A stretch of 64,000 nt of DNA. It comes from Eledone cirrhosa (taxonomy: Eukaryota). Positions 1 through 15,050 of this stretch are shown one piece after another (positions within the stretch are counted from its first letter, which is position 1; the number at the start of each line of letters is the position of its first letter). Both the position numbers and the translations under genes were made by a program. The stretch spans positions 384,524,001 through 384,588,000 of the forward strand of contig OZ024741.1 of NCBI GenBank assembly GCA_964016885.1, in the 5' to 3' direction. Under the pieces are notes generated by a model, which was given only the letters and a program-made list of their open reading frames with translations, was not told the DNA's origin and did not search any database.

Positions 1-3000
1 ATGTGTGTGGATGGTGTATGTGTGTAGATGTTGTATGTGTGTGGATGTTGTATGTGTCTGGATGGTGTATGTGTGTGGATGGTGTGTGTGTGTGTATGGT
101 GTATGTGTGTAGACGTTGTATGTGTGTGGATGGTGTATGTGTGTGGATGGTGTATGTGTGTGGATGATGTATGTGTGTAGACATTGTCTGTGTGTGGATG
201 GTGTATGTGTGTGGAGGGTGTATGTGTGTGGACGTTGTATGTGTGTGGATGGTGTATGTGTGTGGATGGTGTATGTGTGTGGACGTTGTATGTGTGTGGA
301 TGGTGTATGTGTGTAGATGTTGTATGTGTGTGGATGGTGTATGTGTGTAGATGTTGTATGTGTGTGGAGGGTGTATGTGTGTGGATGGTGTATGTGTGTG
401 GATGGTGTCTGTGTGTGGATGGTGTCTGTGTGTGGATGGTGTATGTGTGTGGATGGTGTATGTGTGTGGAGGGTGTATGTGTGTGGATGGTGTATGTGTG
501 TGGATGGTCTCTGTGTGTGGATGGTGTCTGTGTGTGGATGGTTTATGTGTGTGGATGGTGTATGTGTGTGGATGGTGTCTGTGTGTGGATGGTGTCTGTG
601 TGTAGATGTTGTATGTGGGTGGATGGTGTATGTGTGTGGAGGGTGTATGTGTGTGGAGGGTGTATGTGAGTGGAGGGTGTATGTGTGTGGATGGTGTATG
701 TGTGTGGATGGTCTCTGTGTGTGGATGGTGTCTGTGTGTGGATGGTTTATGTGTGTGGATGGAGTATGTGTGGGGATGGTGTCTGTGTGTGGATGGAGTA
801 TGTGTGGGGATGGTGTATGTGTGTGAATGGTGTATGTGTGTGGATGTTGTATGTGTGTGGATGGTGTATGTGTGTAGACGTATGTGTGTGGATGGTGTAT
901 GTGTGTGGATGGTGTATGTGTGTGGATGTTGTATGTGTGTGGATGGTGTATGTGTGTGGAGGGTGTATGTGTGTGGAGGGTGTATGTGTGTGGAGGGTGT
1001 ATGTGTGTGGATGGCGTATGTGTGGGGATGGTGTATGTGTGTGGATGGTGTATGTGTGTGGATGGTGGATGTGTGTAGATGTTGTATGTGTGTGGATGTT
1101 GTATGTGTGTGGATGGTGTCTGTGTGTGGATGGTGTATGTGTGTGGAGGGTGTATGTGTGTGGATGGTGTATGTGTGTAGATGTTGTATGTGTGTGGAGG
1201 GTGTATGTGTGTGGATGGTGTATGTGTGTGGACGTTGTATGTGTGTGGATGGTGTATGTGTGTGGATGGTGTATGTGTGTGGACGTTGTATGTGTGTGGA
1301 TGGTGTATGTGTGTGGATGGTGTATGTGTGTGGACGTTGTATGTGTGTGGATGGTGTATGTGTGTAGATGTTGTATGTGTGTGGATGGTGTATGTGTGTA
1401 GATGTTGTATGTGTGTGGAGGGTGTATGTGTGTGGATGGTGTATGTGTATGGATGGTCTCTGTGTGTGGATGGTGTCTGTGTGTGGATGGTTTATGTGTG
1501 TGGATGGTGTATGTGTGTGGATGGTGTCTGTGTGTGGATGGTGTCTGTGTGTGGATGGTGTCTGTGTGTGGATGGTGTATGTGTGTGGATGGTGTATGTG
1601 TGTGGATGGTGTATGTGTGTGGATGGTGTATGTATGTAGACGTTGTACGTGTGTGGATGGTGTATGTGTGTAGATGTTGTATGTGTGTGGATGGTGTATG
1701 TGTGTGGATGGTGTATGTGTGTGGATGGTGTATGTGTGTGGATGGTGTATGTATGTAGACGTTGTACGTGTGGGGATGGTGTATGTGTATGGATGGTGTA
1801 TGTGTGTAGACGTTGTATGTGTGTGGAGGGTGTATGTGTGTGGATGGTGTCTGTGTGTGGATGTTGTATGTGTGTGGATGGTGTGTGTGTGTGGATGTTT
1901 TATGTGTGTGGATGGTGTATGTGTGTAGATGTTGTATGTGTGTGGATGGTGTATGTGTGTGGATGTTGTATGTGTGTGGATGTTGTATGTGTGTGGATGT
2001 TGTATGTGTGTGGATGGTGTATGTGTGTGGATGGTGTATGTGTGTGGTTGGTGCATATGTGTGGATGTTGTATGTGTGTGGATGGTGTATGTGTGTGGAT
2101 GTTGTATGTGTGTGAATGGTGTCTGTGTAGGATGGTGTATGTGTGTGGATGTTGTATATGTGTGGATGGTGTATGTGTGTGGATTGTGTATGTGTGTGGA
2201 TGGTGTGTGTGTGTGGATGTTGTATGTGTGTAGATGTTGTATGTGTGTGGATGATGTATGTGTGTAGATGTTGTATGTGTGTGGATGGTGTATGTGTGTA
2301 AATGTTGTATGTGTGTGGGTGTTGTATGTGTGTGGATGGTGTATGTGTGTGGATGGTGTATGTGTGTAGATGTTGTATGTGTGTGGATGGTGTATGTGTG
2401 TGGATGGTGTATGTGTGTGGATGTTGTATGTGTGTGGATGGTGTATGTGTGTGGATGGTGTATGTGTGTAGATGTTGAATGTGTGTGGATGTTGTATGTG
2501 TGTGGATGGTGTGTGTGTGTGGATGTGCTATGTGTGTGGATGTTGTATGTGTGTGGATGGTGTATGTGTGTGGATGGTGTATGTGTGTGGATGTTGTATG
2601 TGTGTGGATGGTGTATGTGTGTGGATGGTATATGTGTGTGGATGGTGTATCTGTGTAGATGTTGTATCTGTGTGGATGGTGTATGTGTGTGGATGGTGTC
2701 TGTGTAGGATGGTGTATGTGTGTGGATGGTGTATGTGTGTGGAGTGTGTATGTGTGTGGATGTTGTATGTGTGTGGAGGGTGTATGTGTGTGGATGGTGT
2801 ATGTGTGTGGATGTTGTATGTGTGTGGATGGTGTATGTGTGTGGATGGTGTATGTGTGTAGATGTTGAATGTGTGTGGATGTTGTATGTGTGTGGATGGT
2901 GTGTGTGTGTGGATGTGCTATGTGTGTGGATGGTGTATGTGTGTGGAGGGTGTATGTGTGTGGATGGTGTATGTGTGGGGATAGTGTATGTGTGTGGATG

Positions 3001-3815
3001 CTGTATGTGTGTGGAGGGTGTATGTGTGGATTCTGTATGTGTGTGGAGTGTGTGTGGAGGGTGTATGTGTGGATTCTGTATGTGTGTGGAGTGTGTATGT
3101 GTGTGGATGGTGTATGTGTGTGGAGGGTGTATGTGTGTGGATGCTGTATGTGCGTGGAGGGTGTATGTGTGTGGATGGTGTATGTGTGGGGATGGTGTAT
3201 GTGTGTGGATGGTGTATGTGTGTGGATGGTGTCTGTGTGTGGATGGTGTATGTGTGTGGGTGGTGTATGTGTGTGGATGGTGTATGTGTGTGGATGGTGT
3301 ATGTGTGTGGATGGTGCCTGTGCAATATGTTGTATGTGTGTAGATGTTGTATGTGTGTGGAGGGTGTATGTGTGTGGATGGTGTATGTGTGTGGTTGGTG
3401 TATGTGTGTGGATGGTGTATGTGTGTGGATGGTGTCTGTGTAGGATGGTGTATGTGTGTGGATGTTGTATGTATGTGAATGGTGTATGTGTGTGGATGGT
3501 GTATGTGTGTGGATGGTGTATATGTGTGGATGCTGTCTGTGTAGGATGGTGTATGTGTGTGGATGTTGTATGTGTGTGGATGTTGTATGTGTGTGGATGG
3601 TGTATGTGTGTGGATGGTGTATGTGTGTAAATGTTGTATGTGTGTGGATGGTGTATGTGTGTGGATGGTGTATGTGTGTAAATGGTGTATGTGTGTGGAT
3701 GGTGTATGTGTGTGGATGGTGTATGTGTGTGGATGGTGTCTGTGTGTGGATGGTGTATGTGTGTGGATGGTGTATGTGTGTGGATGGTGTATGTGTGTGG
3801 ATGGTGTATGTGTAT
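1..3815. repeat. 17-bp tandem satellite/minisatellite (ATGTGTGTGGATGGTGT)n, runs off the window start
   Basis: Unit visible throughout with variants (GTTGT, AGATG, GAGGG, TCTGT). It explains the CMCVDGVCVW / THTPSTHIHH ORFs. Confidence 0.97.
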
Positions 3816-4039
3816 GTATTCGTATAGTATGTGTGTATATATAAGTGGTGACGTATCTCTCAGTATGTACGCGTTGTCTGTGAATGGATGCTGTATGTGT
3901 AAACATGCGTGGTGTGTGTGTGCTGTGTGTGTATATGTGTGCTGTGTGTGTATCTGTGTGTGTATTTGTGTGGATTGTGTATATTTATGCATGGGTATGT
4001 CTATGTTTGAGTTAACCTCTGTAATTTGTGATTGTGGCC

Positions 4040-4101
<62 letters not shown>

Positions 4102-4295
4102 TTGGGGAGGGTCATATTTGTGTAATATTGCCAGAATTAATAACAGAACACACTCACTGTTTGGTTGATTTTCGCTTCTCGCTGTCTTTTATATCTGCGA
4201 TCTAACTTACTCGGTCCTCAATGTTGCCATTGACTGACCGACGGTCAAAAATAATACAGATACAATATAGACACAAACACATATATATAGTTTAC

Positions 4296-4348
4296 ATAAT
4301 TTACATACATCTTTCGTTGCACATCTGCAACATCGTCAGTGGTGTTAT
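4296..4348 (-). ncRNA. Degenerate type I hammerhead in the PLE 3' region
   Basis: Minus strand: CTGACGA-T-GTTGCA(GATG)TGCAAC-GAAA-GATG-TA. Stem II is perfect, there is one extra nt after the core, and stem I is weak. Confidence 0.5.
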
Positions 4349-4607
4349 ATTTTTTCCTCCTGTTCTGTTGTATGTCTACGCCATTTTTTATTCAGTCTGT
4401 CTATATATTTATTTATTTATTTGCTTGTTTGTTTATTTTATTTTGTCTTCTTTGCGCATGCGTTTGCGTGTGTGTATAGTGTTTGCTGTGTGCCTAGTGT
4501 GTATAGTGTTGTGTCTGCTGGGTGACTAGTGTGTGTTTATGTGCTTGTTGTTATTGTGCTTGTGTATGTATTTATTTATCTTATTTTATTTTATTTTATT
4601 TACTTAT

Positions 4608-5800
4608 TTATACTTCTCTTAGGTCAGTGTTGTTTGTTTGGGTGTTGTTGTTGTTCCACTCATTCTTTCTGTTTAGCTTTGGTCTTCTAATTTCTATTTC
4701 ACTGGCCTCTCTGATTTGCCTATCTGCTGGGTCATTCCTATGTTTAGATATTATTCTAATTTCTATGTTGTCTATGTTACCGTCATGTTGTTGTCTAGCA
4801 TGTTCGTATAGTACTGACCCGTTTTTTCGTCCTTTTAGTTCCCCCCAGTGTTGGTCTATCTTTTCACCTATGCTACGAGCTGTTTCGACTATGTATGTTG
4901 TTGTCATGTTTCTGCAAGTACCCTCTGTACATCTTATGCTATAGACTACGTTTCTAGTTTTACAGTTTATCCGGGGGTTCACCTTACATATGATACATTT
5001 CCTATTGGTACAGTGGGTTTTCTTAAAAGGGTAGGCTTTGCTGATCAGGGATTTTATGGTGGTTCCTGGCTTTTCTACCACCTTTATTTTTTAGTGGGTC
5101 TTTCTCAGGGCCTTTCTACACTGGTTAGCTAATTTCCCTCCAGGGGTGGCGTCCACAAACATGACACTGTGATATCTCTGGTTGTCGTACCATCATGTGG
5201 CCTTCCCTATCTTATGTCTAGCCCTATCTAAGCTATTCCATGATTTGCTCCTGTATAATGGGCAAATTCCTTTCATGTCCAGTTCTATGAGGGTCTTATA
5301 CTTTTCCATGGCTCCTTCGTATACTCTGACTCTGTCTCTTTGGTTGTAGCCAGAGAACTGCATGCGGTTGATGAAGTGTTGGATGTGTCTTTCCAATTCT
5401 GTTGGGTCGCACATGCTGGACACATTCTTCATCACTCGTACCAAATCTGCGATCAGAATATTAAACTTAGCACTACTGGACATTGATGAGTTTTTGAGTA
5501 TCAGGTATTTGGAGGCCATGGGTTTAGCATAGTGTGAGTGGAGAATTTGGGCTCTCTCGTCTATAGTGTTAATCCAGAGTTCTGTGTCTAATACAGGTAG
5601 TCTATTGTTAGGGTGTTTGGAAGGGAAGTCGATAGTTACAGTTATACTCTGGTGTATGGAATTAGCTATCTGCTGGATGCTTTCCATCGTGCGACGTTCT
5701 AAATCAAACTTGTTAGTGCTCTCTAGTGGGGGTGTTCTTATAACTATATTGATATCGTCTACATAACGAGAGTACATGATGAGGTCTATCAAGTATAACA
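4608..5800 (-). pseudogene. Penelope-like element, 5'-truncated and disrupted: RT C-terminal half + Cys linker + GIY-YIG endonuclease
   Basis: ORF 5193-5816 has YSRYVDD and LPVLDTELW. ORF 4608-5081 has CTNRKCIIC and VVYSIRC..TYIVETARSIGEKIDQH..R..E..LNRKNEW. Confidence 0.9.
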
Positions 5801-5858
5801 ATATTTGTTTCGACACACGATTTCATATAAAAAACCTCGCTAAACTAATTCATCGCCG

Positions 5859-5962
<104 letters not shown>

Positions 5963-6023
5963 TTACACATGTATAAATATATATATACATATATACATAT
6001 ATATATATATACATATAAATGAA

Positions 6024-6074
<51 letters not shown>

Positions 6075-6081
6075 CATATAC

Positions 6082-6125
<44 letters not shown>

Positions 6126-6143
6126 ATATATATATACATATAA

Positions 6144-6217
<74 letters not shown>

Positions 6218-6240
6218 ATATATATATACATATATATATA

Positions 6241-6361
<121 letters not shown>

Positions 6362-7137
6362 TATTTTCCGTTGTGTTGTAATATAAATATTACACACAGT
6401 AGATTGACAACTCACGTAGAGTTTGCTCGACGGTTCCAGTTGTAGTTCCAAAAGTAATCCGGAGTAAAATAGAAAGATTTGAATGGATACAGTTTAGTTG
6501 AAAGGAATTTATTGACACGTGTTTCTATAACAGTTACATAACCTGAAAACAGCTGCTAACTACAAAGTTTTAGTTATGCAGACATTCAATATTTCAATGT
6601 TATTATTTACTGTCATTTCATCAAAATAATATTACTGAGGACCTATTTGGTTTTTATAGAGAATATTAGGAGGGAGGGGTGAAGTTGTTAGAAGAATTTG
6701 TTGAGGGAGTGGTTTTTTGATAGCAGTGAGACTTTTTGGTGGCAGTGAGTAATTAGATTCCCATCTGTTGTTTTGACATTTTTATAGAATATATTACTGG
6801 TTATTTTTCTAAATCTATAGAAGGATTAGAGATAGTAAAGATATGCGTGGTTGGTTTTGTGTTTGCACGTATCCTTTCACCCACGCATTCACACACAAAT
6901 ATATTTGCACACCTCTACAAAATACATATACTCACATTCACATAGTAACATGTTCATACTTACATACATATACACATGCTTACATATATATATACACACA
7001 TGTATTCATGTACATACATACGCGTTCATGTGTATACATTTTCATACTCAACTTATCTTTATGTACACACGTATAGACACACACATATATACATACACAC
7101 TCTAGTCTATGTGTACATATATACATATACATACACA

Positions 7138-7187
<50 letters not shown>

Positions 7188-7499
7188 CACTTTAATACAT
7201 GAATACACTTACATCTAACTATACACATCAAACATATATATATATTTACTTATTTATATACATTTTCACATATATATACATACTTATGGACGTTTTTAGA
7301 CACATTCATTATCGCATATTTGCACCTATTCTCATCAGCATATCTTTCCATTATTAGTGTGGTAATTTAAGGTTATTAATATATGTTGAGAAGAGATTGT
7401 TTTTATATTTTTCTAACTAGATTGAAGTTTATATAGTTGGGGGGATGTCCCTCTTTTATGTAATATTCGGCTTGTAGTGGGGAAAAAGGGTTTTAGTTC

Positions 7500-9590
7500 T
7501 GTGAGGGCAGAATAATGTTCGTTCAATTCTGTTATTCAGCAATTTCTTCTTGTGTGTGATTATGTAATAAATCTCAAGATTACACAATTTGAGAAATTTT
7601 GGCTCCTGGAAAAGCTTTGGGCTTTAGCTAATTTCTCCCATTTTAGGGTAAACTTTTGATCGCTATCCCTGAGCGTCCAAGCTTTTTCTGCTAAAGTTGT
7701 TACATTTCTTTGGCTCTGGTGTTTTATTGAGTAAGAATGCCTATATAATCGAGATTTAAACGATGTTGCCGTTGATCCCATGTAATACCACTCGTTGCCT
7801 CCGGATTTAATGGTACACTTATAAATAATATTTTTTTCCAGGCAGTTGTTGCCGAGGGGGCAGTTGTCAGGATAGGTGCAGTTACAGTTGTGTACGTTGG
7901 GTTTTCTCTGGAGTAGTATTGCGGACGAACTTAGGTGTGGTTTATTTATGTTCTGTAGTGTATTGTCTACTGTTTTTTTTGTGTTCTTTGTACTTAAGTT
8001 CTTAGTGTTTTCGTTTAACCTTCTAGTATTGATCTTTTTTATGTGTTGTTCAAGGTTTAACGCTGTAGAGTATGACAGTCTTATAGTGGTAGGGTTTAGG
8101 ATTTTGTGGTATTTGTGTGATGTAGGAAAATGTCTCTTAATTATTTTAAAGAAGAGTACTGGTAAATTTGTACTAATGGAACTATTGTATTCGAGGTTAT
8201 ACCATAAGTACTCTTTGCATCGCTTTCTATTAGTTTTGTTTGTTGGTTTACTGGTGTGCATACTATGGTAGTAAGTGTGGTTTGGTGTTGTGTTATTATA
8301 TCTACCTATGTGGGATTTATTTTGGGTGTTTTGATTGTTCCCATCTATATACTCTATTTTGTTGAGGTAGCCTGCTTTACTAAGGGCGTTATCGTAGTAC
8401 TCGGCGTGTTCCTTAAATACTTGTATGTTAGAAGATAGACCCGAGATTCTAAGGGAAATATTTTTAGGGATAGATTTAATTATAGAGATGGGGTGGTTAG
8501 ACCCAACATTTACGTATTTGAGATTTTCATTCAATTTATGAAACGGTTTAATCAAACCAGAGTTTAAATTGAGTGTGACATCCAGGAAGTTAACTACTTT
8601 AAGGTTGTATTCATATGTTATAGTTAGTCCTATTTCGAGTAGTAGTTTTCTTATATCTTTGCGTAGTTTTTCTAGTTTTGGGTTATTTAGGTTTTTAACG
8701 AGGAGGAGAACATCGTCGCGGTATATTCCGCCGTGGAGATTGCTGAATTTTTCCTGGAGTCTAAAGGCGATAAATAACCCCACAATATCAGTTATTTCCG
8801 CCGAATCGTTAGAGCCCATTGTTATGTCAAAGTTAGAGGGTCTATCTTTACGTACCCAATAACTGTTCTCAAATTTGACTATAGTTTTCCTAGCTTCTAA
8901 TATAATCTTAATTTCATCGTTTGTAAGGTCAGAGTTATCCTTAGCAAACTTAATGGCTCTATTCAAAGTTTCAGGTGATATCGATGAGTAATATTCATCG
9001 ATATCAAACTGGATAAACTTAGATTTATTCTTATTGCTAATGCTATTAAACCATCTTATTGCTTCTTGGGTCTTCCCCCAGAGTTTAATGTTAACCTTAG
9101 CCTTAATTTGGGGATGATTCTATCTAAGATATATTTGCTTATTTTACCTATATCTGATTTAGAGGGGCAGATTAATCTAATTTTAGGGTCATTATCAAAG
9201 TTTACCTTATGGTCCTTAAGATTGAAGGTGGGTACCGCTGGTAAGAGTGGTCCTGTCCTATCTTCGATTCCGAGATTTTTCACTATTTCGCATGCCTCAT
9301 CATTGATGTGCTTAAGAGTTACTTCATTCGTTTTTCTATATTTTTTATGTAATTCTTTTCGAATGAAGTTGTTGTATGTAGTGCAATCCATAGTATACAG
9401 GTTTGATGTTTTGTCCGCTTTTACTACAATTCCTTTGGTGTTTTTAAGGTCGTCCAGTAGTTTTTTTATATCTTTCTGTAATTTGTTGTTGGTGTTGCGT
9501 CCTTTGAATTTAATTTTAAGGATTAAGTTCATAAGGTCCTGCTCAAATGCATCTAATAGTGGGTTGGTGGGTGGGTTTTTACACGTCCGT
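7500..9590 (-). pseudogene. Penelope-like element, frameshifted RT + GIY-YIG (CNC..CP..C linker type)
   Basis: ORF 9056-9748 has VKADKT and RLICPSKS. ORF 7560-8966 has FDITMGS, GIYRDD, FLDVTLNL, CNCTYPDNCPLGNNC and IIYKC..YMGST..FKSRLYRH. Confidence 0.93.
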
Positions 9591-10518
9591 ATATATATAT
9601 ATATATATATATAATTATACACGTCCGTATATATATATATATATATAATTATAATTATATATATATATATATATATAATTATACATATATATGTGTGTGC
9701 GTGTTGTGCGTGTGTGTGTATGTATGTACTATTGTGGATATGTGTCATATGTCTGTATAAGTTGCATGTATGTATGTTGTCAGTGTATGTGTGGGACTAC
9801 GTGTGTGCGTGAGTGGATGATAGTCTATGGATGGTGTGCATTTGTCTGCACCCCAGTGAGTATGAGTCAGTAAATGTCAGTGTGATTCATTGTGTTTCTG
9901 CGCATGTGTGTGATGTGAGTATGTGTGTGTGTGTGTGTATGTGTGTGTCTGTGTTTGTGTGTAAGTGTGTATGTATGCATACCTGCTGCATTTGCTTCTA
10001 TAAGTCTACGGCTGTATGTGAATGTATGCCTATGTGTGTAGATGCGTTTATGTGCCAATGTATGTCTATGTGTGTACATACATGTATAAGTGAATTTGTG
10101 TCTATGTGTCTATACGTGTATGTGTCTCAGCCATTAGCTTGCGATATATCATAGTATGTAACAACTAACAACTTCCCAGACAGAGTTAATGGTTTATGAG
10201 ACAAATTAATGCACTTTCTGGCTTTGATTGCACTCTACATTACTGTGGAAGAGATACATACCAAAGACCAATTGGCGTGGATATATAAATATATGTACAT
10301 ACATCTCTGTACACACATCTCTGTACATACATCTCTTTGGTTTTATATATATTATTTTTAAAAAACAAGAGAGACGGCATCACGCATACATCCTCTGTTT
10401 ATTACATATATGTATGTGTGGATGTATATATGTGCATATATGTGCATATACATACCTTTATATATATATATGTGTGTGTGTGTGTGTGCGTGTGTGTGTG
10501 TGTATATATGTATATATA

Positions 10519-10662
<144 letters not shown>

Positions 10663-11282
10663 ATATATATATATACATATATATACATACATATATTTAT
10701 ATATATATACATACACACACACATATGCATACAGATATACAGACAGCCACACATATATGAACATATTTATACATATATAAGTGCGTGTATATATTTTTGT
10801 GGATTTTGTTTAGTAGTGTTCATAATGAAAGTTATTTATACATAAAGTTAGGTGTATATAATGATTTATGTATGTTTGGCTGTTGTATCTCCCAGCTATT
10901 CTAAGTTTCTCACCAGATGGCAGTTTGATAAATGGAAAGCGTTATATATTGATGAAGGATAAAATACACAACATTATACTAAATCGCTTACAGTATATAC
11001 ATTTAATTCCAGGACACGTAGATGCCTCCCGCTTAACAAAGACCTAGAACAATTTGAAAGCCTCCTTCTGGGCATGAAAATAAAGATAACTTTCATACCA
11101 TACAGAAACAGATATTAGTGAATTTACTATGCAAACGGATTCGATTGATACCGTAATCCAACGATGTCTGTGTATAGGGGGGAGTATAAATATATAAACA
11201 TATTTATATATAAGCGTGTATATTTTCGTTAAGAGAGGAATTCTACAGAACTTATACTGTTTCATTATATGTACCAGAGTAG

Positions 11283-11500
11283 AGCAGTGGATTGGCAGTA
11301 TCGGTAGAGGGTCGGACGCCATGCTTTGCGGCATAGAGTTACGGCTCTTTATGATCTGAGTTCAAATCCCGCCGAGGTTAACTTTGCCTTTCATCCTTAC
11401 GGCGTCGATAAAATAAAGTACCAGTTAAGTACTGGGGTCGATTTATTCGACTTGCCCCTCCCCAAAAATTGCTGGCATTGTGCCTATATAAGAAACCATT
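11283..11500 (+). mobile_element. tRNA-type SINE (major family in the window)
   Basis: GCAGTGGATTGGCAGTATCGGTAGAG head, B-box GAGTTCAAATCCC, body TTTGCCTTTCATCCTTACGG..GATAAAATAAAGTACCAG; many copies in the window. Confidence 0.85.
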
Positions 11501-11509
11501 ATATATACC

Positions 11510-12620
11510 AGAGTGTAATGTTCGTCAATGCAATCCCCAGAGGCTAACTAGCTTACAGATTTAGAAGGGCTCTAGACAAACAAAAACTAAATATTAAGAT
11601 AATTGAAAGACCTGATATTCCCATAAAAGCCCTAATTAGTGAAACATATCCGTTTCAAAAAACACCTACACTGATACGAAATACATAGTCTGCAAATTCA
11701 GCCCACAAACTAACTGCAAACTTAGGAACGTAGTGTTTAGCATAAGATGTACTGAGAGACTGTGTAGGAATAAGAACATAACATACATAGATGAGACAGC
11801 CCGTAGCATAGGAGAAAGAAATAAATGAACACTGGCGAGAACTCCAAGATGGGAAAAACTCATCAGTACTCCACCAAAATCCGAAAATGGGGCATAAGGG
11901 CACATTAGAGAACATACAGATGAACATTATATCCACACACAAAAAAGACCGAATGCTCCGACAAATTATAGAAGCGACAAACATAAACGAAATCCAACCA
12001 AAATTTAACAGAAAACATGAGTGGAATAGCAACAACATCACAACTAATAATTAAGGACAAGATAAAGACATACAGAGACACACAAGAACCAAACTAATAA
12101 AACAAACTAGACATGCACATATAGAACAAACAACCAATTTGTGACAAGTAAATAAACACACAGACACCCATACCCAGATGTAACGTATGCAGGAACCAAG
12201 TACACAGCACCCAACACATAAACACGTGATAGTGTAGGAAACAACAAAGGAGAGACACAAAATAAGAAATCAATCACAATGTGCTCTGATGTGTCGACAA
12301 GTGGTAAACAATGTATTGGAGATCGATTGAACCTCAGCGATTAGCGAACTCTAGACACACCTGATCAACGAAACAATTGTCAGTACTTTAAATAAAGCCC
12401 TTATTGTACAGCCAACCATTTTACTCTTCTTCCTTTAACTTTTATTACTCCAAGTATAACCTGCTATAACCTGCATAGAAATTACTGCGAACTCGCTGCA
12501 TAACTATGGAAACATCTTGTTGAGTCAAACAAAGCCGTACGTTAAAACCATCCACGACGTAGAGTACTCTAACCGGATTACCTCTAACTGGATTACCTAT
12601 AACGATAACTTGTTATCCCA
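11510..12620 (+). pseudogene. Decayed PLE GIY-YIG 3' fragment plus 3' region, related to the element at 4608-5800
   Basis: Nucleotide similarity to the reverse complement of 4608-5081 (aactgcaaacttaggaacgtagtg, aacagaaaacatgagtggaat); interrupted by stops. Confidence 0.75.
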
Positions 12621-12757
12621 TATATATATATATATTAAAGAGTTAAACAAGATTCAATGAGTATATCAAAGAATGAATTTTACAGTAGATTGGAAGCACT
12701 CTACGATTAATAATAATTTTCCAAAGTTAATAAAACAGATGTTCTTTTGATCAATTA

Positions 12758-12817
12758 CATTTTATTATACATATTTCGGATGTACAACAGTACGTCCTCA
12801 TCAGACAAAATATAATG
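12758..12817 (-). ncRNA. Minimal type I hammerhead (PLE pLTR)
   Basis: CTGATGA-GGACGTAC(TGTT)GTACATCC-GAAA-TATG-TA; imperfect stem I. Confidence 0.65.
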
Positions 12818-13747
12818 ATACATGACATACCTTGAGATGTTAAATGGTTAAGGTTTAATCAAGGTAGTGATTAACCTAAGAGAAAGTTTAACATTTATAC
12901 GCTAATAATGAGAAAATGCGAAAACGTAATAAATTCAATAGAGAATGTGTGAGTAAGAAACACGTTGTTTAATGTAACAGTTGTAGAGATTTTAAAATGT
13001 ATGATACTACAATTTATGTTTATCTAGGAAAACAGTCAATGAGAGCCACTGGAATAGGATATATAGAGAGGGAAAGATAAGGGGTAATATATGTAGAAGG
13101 AGATTATTTCCGAAAGTTAAACGGTTAAGTTTGAAAATATTTAATTTATGCTATTTTAGGGTGAAGAATCAAGATTTTAGGGGGTTTTTTTAAATTGCTG
13201 GTTATTTATATTTATTAGTTTTGTAAATTCTATAAGTGTGTTAACATTTCTAAACTTCTGAATTTTATGAGGATAACATTTAAAGGATTCAGCTGGCCAG
13301 CGGAAAGGAAAATTTACACTGTTGAATATTTTCCTAAATGTAAACTTTACCGAAGATAATCATTGTCAACATATTTGGTATGTAAATCTTATGAAATATT
13401 TAAATAACGATTATGTATATAGATATATATTAATGAGCCAGTATATTTTTGGTAAATGATAACGAAAATTAAAATAAAATAGTAGATTGAGGCATGCTAA
13501 AGTTAAATATATACCTATATATAACAGGGTGTAAATGCATTAATTATTCATAGTTCGAAATAAATAATAATCCAGAAATTTAGAAGTTAACTAAAAATTA
13601 TGTATAGAAAGATACAGGGAGGTATATATGGATATAAATTAGGTATTATTGATACAGTATACTTTAAGTAAATGATAACGGTTATAATTTTATATAATAA
13701 AGTTCGAACGTGTTATAGTTAAATACATATATATATATATATATATA

Positions 13748-13938
13748 GGAACAAGTAAGACCCCGACGGCTGAGCTCAAGCCGTTTCGACGGCTATTCTG
13801 AGTACAGAATTAGCCGTCGAAACGGCTTGAGCTCAGCCGTCGGGGTCTTACTTGTTCCTATTACCCACTCTACTACCCTAAGTATTGAGTACGTTGGTGC
13901 GTTATGGTCCACCTGGTTCCTTACCACATTTCCTTCGT
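13748..13938 (+). mobile_element. Fold-back truncated copy of the GAGCTC-loop HHR family, inside (TA)n
   Basis: Inverted duplication centred near 13802. Retains GAAAC-GGCT(TGAGCTC)AGCC-GTC-GGGGT and the CCACATTTCCTTCGTT end; core lost. A shorter copy lies at 15288-15378. Confidence 0.8.
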
Positions 13939-13969
13939 TATATATATATATATTATTATTATTGCTTTT

Positions 13970-14051
<82 letters not shown>

Positions 14052-14990
14052 AAAAGCAATAATAAATGCATGGATAATTCAGAGTTCAAAATAAGGTCTA
14101 TAATAATTTATAGTTTGTATATTTGCTCTATATTTGAATCATGGATATAAAAATGCAGTAGGTAAATTTTAAAACGTAGAAAATATAATTACATACATAT
14201 TATAAATAAGAGATCAAAAACACATGAAAGATTCACAGTTAGAAATAAGTTCCGTAAAAATGTATGGGTTGGATATTAAACTAAAATTTAAAACTTAGAT
14301 AGGAAGATAAAGATAGAGAAATAAAGAAATAATGGTATGGATCAAAGTTGATAATATTATGTTATGTATATCAATGTTCCGGCATGTTATTGAACAAGTG
14401 TCTTTCATTCGAGCGTTATGTATTCTATAGATAGTTATAAGATAATGCAATATTAAAGGCCATTAATGTTTTTCCCTGTTGATTATATACGTCTGACAAC
14501 CAAGTTTTTAATGGTTAAGTGTTTCTCTCTCTTTTATTCTCGTTTTGTGGGAGGCTAAGAATGTGGACGTAGCTTTATGGAGGCAACTAGAGAATAATTC
14601 ACTTTTTTTGTTAATTAGGGTCTCATAGTTATTAATAATCAACAGGGTCTCCATCGTACAGAGCGCACAGTTATTTGATATACTAGAGTTGCGGTAAACT
14701 CCACAGTTCCGAAGTTTTGTCCAAAGAATGGAGTATTTTAAATTCCTCTCTTTTAATGACCATATGAGCTGTGATAAAGACTAGATAAACATAAATTCTA
14801 GTATCATACATTTTAAAATCTCTACAACTGTTACATTAATCAACGTTTTTCTTACTTACACATTCTCTATTGAATTTATTACGTTTTCGCATTTTCTCAT
14901 TATTAGCGTATAAATGTTAAACTTTCTCTTAGGTTAATCACTACCTTGATTAAATCTTATCCATTTAACATCTCAGGGTATGTCATGTAT

Positions 14991-15050
14991 CATTATATTT
15001 TGTCTGATGAGGACGTACTGTTGTACATCCGAAATATGTATAATAAAATG
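14991..15050 (+). ncRNA. Inverted copy of the same minimal hammerhead
   Basis: CTGATGA at 15004-15010, GAAA at 15031-15034, putative GTA cleavage after 15040. Confidence 0.65.

Noticed and set aside
116-4125. Long Cys/Val- and His/Thr-rich ORFs (up to 1122 aa)
   Set aside because: Translation of a stop-poor 17-bp satellite in all frames.
6505-6630. Hammerhead-like pieces downstream of the PLE at 7500-9590 (TTGATGA-AATG..CATT-GAAA; GAAAC-ACGT-GTC)
   Set aside because: Neither piece has a complete core with a cleavage triplet and stem I; at best decayed.
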